This document shows positions 47,837-56,806 of a stretch of 64,000 bases of DNA, piece by piece. The DNA is taken from assembly GCA_051306005.1 (NCBI GenBank), contig JBPPMJ010000001.1, forward strand, positions 3,610 to 67,609. Direction: 5' to 3'. The notes below the pieces were generated by a model. That model did no database searches and was not told where the DNA came from. It was given only the letters and a program-made list of their open reading frames with translations. The stretch comes from Minisyncoccota bacterium. GTDB lineage: Bacteria; Patescibacteriota; Minisyncoccia; Moranbacterales; UBA1568. The translations under genes were made by a program, and so were the position numbers. Position 1 is the stretch's first letter. Every line of letters begins with the position of its first letter.

Positions 47837-49159
47837 TTGTTCCTAAGGTCTCTATCAATCGAAAGGCGCGTTTCGCGTATTCGTACCTCACCTCTTACCT
47901 CTTTTATTCGCAGACTCCTATCTGGAGCTCTAAAGTCTGTTGGACCACGGTTTATCAGATTTGAAAAAAGAGCAGAAAAAAGCCCTGTTATTTCTCGTCG
48001 GAAAAGTATGCATACCCGCATACATCAATTCCAGACGTCTTTCTTGCAATATATCAAAGATGCTTCCGGATACCGTGTTGTCCGTGTGTTTCGTAATTAT
48101 TCCGCTTTTTCTATTGTGGCCTCGAGTGCTATTCTCGTATCGGCCAGTAATTTTGCGCAGAATACGAATGAGAGCGTATTATTTGGCTATGCTCAGGGGC
48201 AAATGACCAGTCAGGGAGCATCACAGGCCAGGCATCGACTCGCTGCCCAGACTTCCCGACAGGATAATCTTTCCCTTGTTTCATTGGCCAGTGCTTCCAA
48301 CCGTATTGATACAGAAAAAACTGACGAGATTTCGCTGATTGACATGAGCGGATATCCTTCATCCGATCAAGTGGTATTGACGACGGATATGGCGATTGCT
48401 CAAGATCCGGAAGAGGACGGTGGGGTGCAAATCTACACCGTATTATCAGGGGATACTGTCGGGGGCATTGCGACCAAGAACGGGATTACTATCAATACGA
48501 TTTTGTGGGCAAATGATTTGGACAACGTCGACCAGATCAAGCCGGGCGACCAACTCTTCATCTTGCCTGTAGCCGGTATTTCATATGCTGTTAAATCAGG
48601 AGATACCATTGAAACGATTGCTAAGAATTTCAAAGCAGAAAAAGAAAAAATCATTGCCTTTAATGAATTGCCGGCAAATGGCGAATTACAAGAAGGTGAT
48701 GTGATTATCGTGCCTGGCGGTCAAAAAGATGTACCAGCGCCTCAAGCGCCGGCTACCGATGGACTGACTCGCCGTCAGTACGCAACCTCTGATGGTGGCA
48801 CGGCGATCGATATTTCATCTGGATTCAAGAAATTGGATGGTAAAGGGGGCTCGGGACACCGCTTTCCTTATGGTTATTGTACATGGTACGTGGCACAAAA
48901 ACGTTATATTCCTTGGCGTGGCAATGCTGGTACTTGGCTGTATCAGGCCAAAGCAATGGGATACAAGACAGGACGTACCCCATCAGCTGGCGCTATTGTT
49001 GTGACGACGGAAAACCGTTTTTATGGACATGTGGCACTGGTAGAAAAGGTGAGTGGGGGAAACATTACCGTAAGTGAGATGAATTACGCCGGCTGGGGCA
49101 AGACCACACGTCGAGTGCTTTCGTCTTCCAGCCGAGTTATCAAAGGGTATATTTATTAG
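47837..49159 (+). CDS. LysM-LysM-CHAP peptidoglycan hydrolase
   Basis: YTVLSGDT, YAVKSGDT; FPYGYCTWYV, GNAGTW, YGHVALVE, SEMNY. True start may be later (ATG 48008). Confidence 0.92.
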   Translation: MFLRSLSIERRVSRIRTSPLTSFIRRLLSGALKSVGPRFIRFEKRAEKSPVISRRKSMHTRIHQFQTSFLQYIKDASGYRVVRVFRNYSAFSIVASSAILVSASNFAQNTNESVLFGYAQGQMTSQGASQARHRLAAQTSRQDNLSLVSLASASNRIDTEKTDEISLIDMSGYPSSDQVVLTTDMAIAQDPEEDGGVQIYTVLSGDTVGGIATKNGITINTILWANDLDNVDQIKPGDQLFILPVAGISYAVKSGDTIETIAKNFKAEKEKIIAFNELPANGELQEGDVIIVPGGQKDVPAPQAPATDGLTRRQYATSDGGTAIDISSGFKKLDGKGGSGHRFPYGYCTWYVAQKRYIPWRGNAGTWLYQAKAMGYKTGRTPSAGAIVVTTENRFYGHVALVEKVSGGNITVSEMNYAGWGKTTRRVLSSSSRVIKGYIY

Positions 49160-49258
49160 GGGAATGATTGTTTCAGGAAGGGCGCTTTGTTGAGGAGCGC
49201 TTTTTTTGTTGCTAAGAGTATGGTATATTGAGGGTAAATAAAAACCCATTTTTGAAAG

Positions 49259-51319
49259 GTGGCACGGATCTTTATGCTTTTTTTGCAGAACAAGAAAAAT
49301 CAAAAGAAATACATTGGATTATTTTTTGCTGTGTTTATTGTAAGTCACGTGGCGTTGCTGACGCCTCGGGTTTATGCTGTTGACTATACAACAGGAGGCC
49401 TCATGGTTAATGCTGCCAAGAGTGTATTCGGTGGACTAGGTAGTGTCGCCGGAGGGGCGGTAGGTCTTGCTAGTGATGTTATCATCCATCCTCTATTATA
49501 TTTATTGTTTCAGTTCTGTGGTTTTTTGGTTTCTGTAGCGGTGACAATTTTTGGTTGGGTCATCAATCCTGATTACATATCTGGTCCAGATGGGTTTTTG
49601 AATTTACCGATTATTTATACATTGTGGCAATTCGTGCGTGATTTTTTCAACATTGCTTTCATTTTTGTCTTGCTGTTTATTGCCTTTACTACCGTATTCC
49701 AGGTACAGAAAGATTTCAAAAAAGCTTTGCTGAGCTTGGTGTTGACTGCTCTGTTCGTCAATTTTAGCTATCCGGTCACACGCGCTTTGATCGACACGAC
49801 CAATGTGCCGATGTATTTTCTGATCAATCAGCTACTCATCGATCCGAGTAATCCTGGCGAATCATTTGGCACGGCACTTCAAGCAACTCGGTTAGACGAT
49901 ATCTTATTGACAGGTGGTGCTTGGTCCAGTGATACTTCCAAATTATTCGCCGCCACTATTTTTCTTTTTATTTTTGCGATTACATTGCTTGTTTTGGCAA
50001 TCATGCATGTCATTCGTCTGGTAGCATTTGTCGTTTTATTGGTTTTTTCGTCCGTTGGTTTTGCTGCTTCTATGATACCTGGTCTGAAAGCCTATTCAGA
50101 TATGTGGTGGAAGAATTTTTGGAAATATGCCTTGTTCGGACCCGCTTCAATGTTTATGTTACTTGTTGCGACAAGATTTTTTGCTATTATCGCCGATCCC
50201 ACACAGCCACCTTTTAGTGGTATACAAAATGTGGCGCAGGGAGCGGCATCTGATCCTTCCAACGCCAGTATGATTGCTGCGATGGCAATGTTTTCTATCC
50301 CTATCATTATGCTCTGGATGGCGATTGGCTTGGGACACAAATTTGGTATGATGGGCGCCGATTCTGTTTCTGGTAAAGGCGAGAAATTTGTGAAGTGGGC
50401 TGGAAAGAAAACTTTTTATGATAATCCTCTTGGACGAGGTTTTGGTGGTGCAATGAAAAAAGTGGGTATGGAAGGAAAAATTGCTGGTAGGGATTATGGC
50501 TCCACTCGATTGGGCAAATTTGCAACTGGCAATTATTGGAATACACCAAGTACGACAGAAGCGACGATCAAAGGAGGTATCGTTGGTGGCAAGAAAGGTG
50601 TTGTGACAGAACGTAAGAAGATACATGTTCAGCAGGTACGTGATATGGTTGCAAAGCACAAGAAGGATCAAACCAGTTATTCTCAATTGGTAGCGGATCT
50701 TAAAAGTCCTGACAAGATTAAGTCTCAAGCTGCGGCACTTACCTTGGCACAAAATGATGATATCCGCAGTACCGCTGAACTGAGTGCTGGATTGAAAGCG
50801 CTTGACGGTGACATTGATCTGACTAATGAATTTGTCAAGAAGGGGCAGTCCGCTATTCAGAGTGTCAACGATTTGGCGATAGCATTGTCTGCACTGGGTA
50901 ATGATAGTAAAACAGCGGGAACCTTGATTGATAAGGTCAGTGGTGGGGCTTTTGGTATGAACTCGGCAGACTACGCCAACCTTACCCAGTCCCCTTTGTT
51001 TCGTGGTAATCCAAATCTACAAAAACAATTAGATAGTCGTTTAAAAAAGGAAGGACACATTCAAACACTGGTCGATCATCAGGCGAAACAGCCAGGTGGA
51101 TCTTATAACGAGGCCTATGCAAATTTGGTGGCGGATATGACACCAGAAGAATTAGCAAAGCAAAAGGACACCTTGCATAATAATTCCAACTTTTTTAAAT
51201 ATGTGAAGCAACATTCAGCGAACAATGATGTGTTTAGTGCTGAACACCGTAAAAATATCTTTGCTGAATTGAGTGGCAAAAAAAGATCAATATGGGTTAA
51301 GAATGATCTGCAACCATAA
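49259..51319 (+). CDS. VirB6/TrbL-like polytopic membrane protein
   Basis: WQFVRDFFNIAFIF, LFVNFS, IRLV..WWKNF; helical C-terminal tail; located in the VirB4 cluster. Confidence 0.65.
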   Translation: MARIFMLFLQNKKNQKKYIGLFFAVFIVSHVALLTPRVYAVDYTTGGLMVNAAKSVFGGLGSVAGGAVGLASDVIIHPLLYLLFQFCGFLVSVAVTIFGWVINPDYISGPDGFLNLPIIYTLWQFVRDFFNIAFIFVLLFIAFTTVFQVQKDFKKALLSLVLTALFVNFSYPVTRALIDTTNVPMYFLINQLLIDPSNPGESFGTALQATRLDDILLTGGAWSSDTSKLFAATIFLFIFAITLLVLAIMHVIRLVAFVVLLVFSSVGFAASMIPGLKAYSDMWWKNFWKYALFGPASMFMLLVATRFFAIIADPTQPPFSGIQNVAQGAASDPSNASMIAAMAMFSIPIIMLWMAIGLGHKFGMMGADSVSGKGEKFVKWAGKKTFYDNPLGRGFGGAMKKVGMEGKIAGRDYGSTRLGKFATGNYWNTPSTTEATIKGGIVGGKKGVVTERKKIHVQQVRDMVAKHKKDQTSYSQLVADLKSPDKIKSQAAALTLAQNDDIRSTAELSAGLKALDGDIDLTNEFVKKGQSAIQSVNDLAIALSALGNDSKTAGTLIDKVSGGAFGMNSADYANLTQSPLFRGNPNLQKQLDSRLKKEGHIQTLVDHQAKQPGGSYNEAYANLVADMTPEELAKQKDTLHNNSNFFKYVKQHSANNDVFSAEHRKNIFAELSGKKRSIWVKNDLQP

Positions 51320-51333
51320 TTTTATTCAATGTC

Positions 51334-52482
51334 ATGCGTGTTTCAATAAAACAATCATTTCCTCGCCAGTATCACCCGATGCTTGTTTCCAATAATGGCA
51401 CGGATGAGAAAATGGATCCTCAAACAACCCTTACTCTATGGGAAGCCTTTGATCGCTTGCCCAAAGAAACGCGTATTATTGTTTCTGCTGATGAGGTGGC
51501 AACAGAAATAAAAGCCTTACAAGACACTTTTCATATAAGTGATCAAGCCATCGGGTGGATGACGTTATTTATTCGACAGATTTTTTTCGGAGAATTACGG
51601 ATGGCGGAGGCAGAAGCAAAAATTGGCTCGATGCTTACAACTACTGGTGGCGGAGATCCTAATCAGGCAAAAGCTGTTGTAGAATATATCCAAAAAAAAA
51701 TTTTAACGATACAACCGACAAGAGAAGTATCCAAAATGGAAGAGAGGAACGAAGATGACTCAGCAATGCTCAAGACTGTCCGCCTCCCTTTACTCGAGGC
51801 ACTTTCTAAATATGAGCAATTGGGCAATCAGTTAATCACTGGAGAGCGTATCAAAATCAAGTCTCAGCCAGAACCGGTACGCCCATCACTCTTGTATTGG
51901 CTCAAGTATTACCGGGATGAATTGGGTGTCGGTCATCACGATAGTGTTCAACGCGGACAATTTCTTTTTCAGTCAATAAATGGCAAACATTTATCTGAAC
52001 AAGAGCGGATGAATATGGACCTTATTCTGAAATCCGTGGAAGAAAATTTACCATTAACAATCGATACAGAACATCAACTTGTCCTGTTCCCCACAAAACA
52101 GATGGGCATATCCCGACCATCTATTCCCGCCACCGCGACCATTGTTCGTGGTCCAGCCTTGCCAGGTGTGTCATCTCTAGAGACTCTTTCTCACATACCT
52201 CTTTCAGAAAAGATTACACAGACGAGGCCATTGCATATTGGTGAGGACATACATGGTACCCAGTTATTAGAAAGAGGAAAATCATCCCTCCCTCAAATGA
52301 CATCGGCACTAACTTTTTCTGCCAATCATAAGTTTCCCGCAGAAGATGAGGCGTTGCAACAAGAAGATAAACTGATGTCCCCAGATAGTAAGTCCATACC
52401 ATCCACCGTCAAACCGGTTTCCGTTCCAGTGTTCAATCCATATCGTATTATTCCGAGTAGCCAGAAAGAGAATGAAGAGTAA
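51334..52482 (+). CDS. Hypothetical protein
   Basis: 382-aa co-oriented ORF with low-complexity tail ending NPYRI. Confidence 0.65.
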   Translation: MRVSIKQSFPRQYHPMLVSNNGTDEKMDPQTTLTLWEAFDRLPKETRIIVSADEVATEIKALQDTFHISDQAIGWMTLFIRQIFFGELRMAEAEAKIGSMLTTTGGGDPNQAKAVVEYIQKKILTIQPTREVSKMEERNEDDSAMLKTVRLPLLEALSKYEQLGNQLITGERIKIKSQPEPVRPSLLYWLKYYRDELGVGHHDSVQRGQFLFQSINGKHLSEQERMNMDLILKSVEENLPLTIDTEHQLVLFPTKQMGISRPSIPATATIVRGPALPGVSSLETLSHIPLSEKITQTRPLHIGEDIHGTQLLERGKSSLPQMTSALTFSANHKFPAEDEALQQEDKLMSPDSKSIPSTVKPVSVPVFNPYRIIPSSQKENEE

Positions 52483-52651
52483 TATCTCGGACAAGATACA
52501 CATCTTCATGCTTGTAATCACGAAGACGTAGACAATTTATGTGAGAAAAGGTAGAGTATAAGTACGCTTCCGTTTCGAAATATTTTTGGATGAGAGAAAA
52601 ATATTAGTTATAGAAAAGATTACCTCGTTTTTTGTTTTATATGCATTCAAT

Positions 52652-53071
52652 ATGATGACAAGTGTTCCTCAATTTATTGGCGTGGAAGACAAGATAGCGG
52701 GTCCATTAACTTGGCGTCAACTACTGTGGCTGGTGTGCATGGGGGCATTTTTGTTGGTTTTTTTTAATCTTTTTGATACTTCGCTCTTTATTATTGTCGC
52801 TGTTCCGACTATTCTTCTTTTTGTTACCTTCGCGTTTTATCGACCCGGTGGATTCTCTATGACCACCTACACGTTGCACATGATTTTGTTTCTGTTCCGC
52901 CCCAAAGTGTTTCTATGGGAACGTCCCATTCAACAACCCATGCGACCAAAAACATCATCAAATTCTCATTCTGAGGCCGTTCAAAATCATGAGCAATCAT
53001 TGAACCAAGCTACTATTTCAGAATTAGCACGTATTTTGGATAATCGCGACAAGAAGTCGGTGCCCAAATAA
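52652..53071 (+). CDS. PrgI-family (VirB3-like) membrane protein
   Basis: VPQFIGVEDKIAGPLTWRQL, two TMs, RPKVFLW. Confidence 0.85.
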   Translation: MMTSVPQFIGVEDKIAGPLTWRQLLWLVCMGAFLLVFFNLFDTSLFIIVAVPTILLFVTFAFYRPGGFSMTTYTLHMILFLFRPKVFLWERPIQQPMRPKTSSNSHSEAVQNHEQSLNQATISELARILDNRDKKSVPK

Positions 53072-53086
53072 TCCGATACGTCAATT

Positions 53087-53776
53087 ATGGAATCACTCAA
53101 ACCAAAACAAAAACAGAATAGCGCATCCAGTACTCAACGATACGTGGATATTGAAGATATTCGTGATGGCATCGTCATTATGAAATCAGGAGCTCTACGC
53201 GCTGTCCTTCTCGTTTCTTCACTCAACTTTGATCTCAAGGCCACCGAGGAACAAAATGCTATTATCGGACAATACCAAGCATTTCTGAATTCACTGGATT
53301 TTTCTGTGCAGATATTGATCAACTCACGACGCTTCAATGTTGAACCCTATCTTAATCGTTTGCAAGACGAGGAAAAGAGACAAGAAAACGAACTATTGCG
53401 TTTTCAGATTGCCGAATACAAATCTTTCATTAAAAACCTGACTGAAGTTTCTAATATCATGTCGAAATATTTCTATGTAGTAGTCCCTTTTTCTCCGGCA
53501 GAAGATGAAGAAAGCGGACTTTTCAAAAAATTATTCGGTGTGTTCCGTGCCAATCGGGCATCTTTAGCACATGGCGATCTTTTTGAAACATATAAATCGC
53601 AATTGTTCCAGCGCTTGAATCATGTTGCGACCGCTTTGGAGGGGACAGGTGTACGTGTCACACAACTGAACACGGAAGAAGTAATTGAGCTGTTTTACAA
53701 TAGTTACAACCCATCGCTTTTTACAACGACTCTCATCAAGAATGTAGAAGGGATAGAGTTAGCTCCGCTCCAATAA
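53087..53776 (+). CDS. TraC/VirB4 N-terminal-like protein
   Basis: NFDLK..EQ..II..YQ.FLNSLDF.VQI, FYVVVPF, ELFYNSYNP. Confidence 0.75.
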   Translation: MESLKPKQKQNSASSTQRYVDIEDIRDGIVIMKSGALRAVLLVSSLNFDLKATEEQNAIIGQYQAFLNSLDFSVQILINSRRFNVEPYLNRLQDEEKRQENELLRFQIAEYKSFIKNLTEVSNIMSKYFYVVVPFSPAEDEESGLFKKLFGVFRANRASLAHGDLFETYKSQLFQRLNHVATALEGTGVRVTQLNTEEVIELFYNSYNPSLFTTTLIKNVEGIELAPLQ

Positions 53777-53782
53777 AATAAC

Positions 53783-55648
53783 GTGTTATTTATGCTACCA
53801 GGAATTGCATTTGATCCTCAAGAAAAAAAAACCAACAAGGTGACGAGAAGTTTTTCGTCACTTCTTCATGGTTCTGCCATGAGTGAAAGCGAGAGTCTGT
53901 ATCGGCAAGGGATCGCCACAATACGCGACTTGATAGCCCCTCCCGCCATTCGTCTGAGTCCGACCACGATGTATATCGGAGAAGTGTTATCCCGCACTTA
54001 TTTTGTTATTGCCTATCCACGTTATCTTTCCACTAATTGGTTTTCTCCTATTATCAACATTGACTTTGCTATGGATACGTCTTTGTTTATCCATCCGATC
54101 GATACGGCTGAAATGCTCAAGACACTGCGAAAATCATCCACCCAGGTACAATCACAGATTCATATCGAAGCGGAAGGTGGCAAGATTCGTGACCCGATGC
54201 TCGAAACAGCATTGCAGGATATTGAAGGGTTGCGTGACCGCCTTCAGCAGGGAACAGAAAAGTTTTTTCGTTTTGGATTGTATATAACTATTTACGGAAG
54301 CGATGAAAAAGATTTGCATCAGAAATGCCAGGCTATTGAATCTATTTTGGAAGCACAGCTCGTCTATATCAAACCAGCCGTAATGCGAATGGATCAAGGA
54401 TTTACTGCTACGCGTCCGCTTGCCAATGATGTGTTAGATGTTGCCAATAATTTAAATACTGAACCGCTTTCGACTACGTTCCCGTTCGTTTCTTCGGACT
54501 TGTCCTCCAATGAAGGTATTTTGTATGGAATCAATCGGCATAACAACAGCTTGGTACTTTTTGACCGTTTCAAAATGGAAAACGCTAATATGGTTGTTTT
54601 TGCTAAGTCTGGTGCTGGTAAGAGTTATACGGTCAAGTTGGAGATATTACGGGCGATGATGTTTGGGACGTACGTCATCATTATCGATCCAGAAAATGAA
54701 TACAAGCATCTATGTGAAGCGGTAGACGGTACGTTTCTCAAAATTTCGCTCAATACAAACATTCATCTCAATCCTTTTGATCTACCAAAAAATGTCGAGG
54801 ATGAGGAGACGGCAGATATCTTGCGGAGTACAACGGCACAGATTATCGGTTTGTTGCATTTGATGTTAGGAGCTATTTCTCCCGAGGAAGATTCCATCAT
54901 TGATCGTGCCATCCGTGAAACCTATGCTATTCGTGATATCACAGAACAGACTGATCTTTCAACACTGACTTACACGTCGTTTCCCACGATGTCAGATCTC
55001 TATGCAGTCTTGCAAAATATGGAAGGCGCAGAATCGCTTTCAGCCAGACTGGAGCGTTATACGGAAGGGATTTTTGGTGGACTTTTGAACAAACAGACTA
55101 ACGTAGAAATGAATAACCAGCTTGTGGTTTTCAATATCCGTGATCTCGAAGAAGAATTGCGTCCTATTGCGATGTATATCATTCTGCAGTTTGTCTGGAA
55201 TGAAATGCGTACACATTTGAAAAAACGTATTATTGTTGTGGATGAGGCTTGGGTTATGATGCAAAACGAGGATGCCGCCGGATTTTTATTTGGCATCGCC
55301 AAGCGCTGTCGTAAATATTATACGGGACTGACAACCATCACTCAAGATATCGGTGATTTTGCATCTTCACGATATGGAAAACCTATTATTACCAATTCCT
55401 CTATTCAGCTTTTATTACGTCAATCACCTTCATCGATTGATTTGGTGGGAGAGACGTTTTATTTGACCGATCACGAGAAGTTTTTGCTTTTGGAAGGAAA
55501 TGTCGGAGAAGGGATTTTTTTTGCAGGTAACAAGCACGTTGCCATCAAAGTGGTCGCATCATACAGTGAAGATCAGATTATTACGACTGATCCGCGTCAA
55601 TTGCTTGAGATAGAGCAGGCGAAATTGGATTTTGATGCTACCACGTAA
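53783..55648 (+). CDS. VirB4-family secretion ATPase
   Basis: YGIN, AKSGAGKSY, IIDPENEY, NPFD, VVDEAW, RKY...ITQD. Confidence 0.9.
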   Translation: MLFMLPGIAFDPQEKKTNKVTRSFSSLLHGSAMSESESLYRQGIATIRDLIAPPAIRLSPTTMYIGEVLSRTYFVIAYPRYLSTNWFSPIINIDFAMDTSLFIHPIDTAEMLKTLRKSSTQVQSQIHIEAEGGKIRDPMLETALQDIEGLRDRLQQGTEKFFRFGLYITIYGSDEKDLHQKCQAIESILEAQLVYIKPAVMRMDQGFTATRPLANDVLDVANNLNTEPLSTTFPFVSSDLSSNEGILYGINRHNNSLVLFDRFKMENANMVVFAKSGAGKSYTVKLEILRAMMFGTYVIIIDPENEYKHLCEAVDGTFLKISLNTNIHLNPFDLPKNVEDEETADILRSTTAQIIGLLHLMLGAISPEEDSIIDRAIRETYAIRDITEQTDLSTLTYTSFPTMSDLYAVLQNMEGAESLSARLERYTEGIFGGLLNKQTNVEMNNQLVVFNIRDLEEELRPIAMYIILQFVWNEMRTHLKKRIIVVDEAWVMMQNEDAAGFLFGIAKRCRKYYTGLTTITQDIGDFASSRYGKPIITNSSIQLLLRQSPSSIDLVGETFYLTDHEKFLLLEGNVGEGIFFAGNKHVAIKVVASYSEDQIITTDPRQLLEIEQAKLDFDATT

Positions 55649-55662
55649 ACTTTAGGTATTTC

Positions 55663-56118
55663 ATGTGTATGGCATTCCAAAGTGACCTACAAAGAGTGCG
55701 CCAGTTACGACGACAAAAGACGTTTTCAGATGTGTCGAGTGACATAAAAAAATCCCAAACACAAACGTCTTTTACTGGTGAGAATCCTTCATTTTCGCTG
55801 TATATCGGTGTAGCTATGATCGCTCTTCTCAAAGATCTATTGGATCTTATCGGCGTAGGTTCTTTGCCCGGTATTGGCTTTGTGGTGACGGCGTGCTTCA
55901 CTTTTATCATCTGGCTTTTGTTGGCAACGTTTGATCGTTCATCACAAGGTACTAAATCCGATATGCAAATGGCTCGCGGTTTGGTAACTATAGGTATCGG
56001 CTTGATTGAAGGTATCGGTTTTGGCCTCAATTTTCTCCCCATTGAGTTGTTGATGGTTATTATTTTGTACGTTATGGCAAAGCGGGCATGGTATAATAAT
56101 CAACAGATACCGTTATAA
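55663..56118 (+). CDS. Hypothetical membrane protein
   Basis: Three hydrophobic segments; co-oriented in the cluster. Confidence 0.65.
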   Translation: MCMAFQSDLQRVRQLRRQKTFSDVSSDIKKSQTQTSFTGENPSFSLYIGVAMIALLKDLLDLIGVGSLPGIGFVVTACFTFIIWLLLATFDRSSQGTKSDMQMARGLVTIGIGLIEGIGFGLNFLPIELLMVIILYVMAKRAWYNNQQIPL

Positions 56119-56143
56119 ACAAACATAGGCCACAATTTTTCTT

Positions 56144-56797
56144 ATGTGGAAATTTTTGACTCAGCATCAACACTTTCTCGTGACTGGATTGCTCATCTTT
56201 TTTTCTCTGGGCTTCATTGGATTTTTCCCGCCAAATACAGAGGTGAACATGGTGTTTCAGAACTTTGTCGTAAGTTTCATTTTTTTCTTGGCTGTTCCGT
56301 TGATATATAGTAAAATGGTGTTAGGAGAGCCTTTAAAAAATATCGGTTGGCAAAGCGGAAAAATGTCAATTGGCATATTGACCAGCATCATATCTTTAGT
56401 GGTAGCTGGAATGGTTATTGTTGGTCTGGCATGGCAATTTCCCGCTTTCAATGCAGGGTATGTTTTTCCCGTGCAGGTCGAACGGTCTTTTTTTTGGTTC
56501 GTGCTTTATGAAGTGGGGGTTGTTGCCATGATTGTTGTGTTGTACGAAGTTTTTTTTCGTGGATTTATCCAGATATTTTGGTTGCGAAGCGCCGGTCGAT
56601 GGGCGGTGATTGTGCAGAGCATTATTTTTATCAGCTGGGTTCTTTGGGGAGGGGTGGAGTGGGGACAGGTACCGCTTGTAGTGTTTTGTCCCTTTGCCGG
56701 ATATATTGCGTATCAAACCCAGTCCATCAAATACTCATTTTTTGCGAGCTGGCTCTTCCTTTTTCTCAACGATGTCTTTTTTCTTATTTTTCGCTAA
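56144..56797 (+). CDS. CPBP/Abi-family intramembrane protease-like protein (degenerate)
   Basis: YEVFFRG motif (canonical EE..FRG); multiple TMs; conserved His residues not seen. Confidence 0.6.
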   Translation: MWKFLTQHQHFLVTGLLIFFSLGFIGFFPPNTEVNMVFQNFVVSFIFFLAVPLIYSKMVLGEPLKNIGWQSGKMSIGILTSIISLVVAGMVIVGLAWQFPAFNAGYVFPVQVERSFFWFVLYEVGVVAMIVVLYEVFFRGFIQIFWLRSAGRWAVIVQSIIFISWVLWGGVEWGQVPLVVFCPFAGYIAYQTQSIKYSFFASWLFLFLNDVFFLIFR

Positions 56798-56806
56798 CAT
56801 ATACTT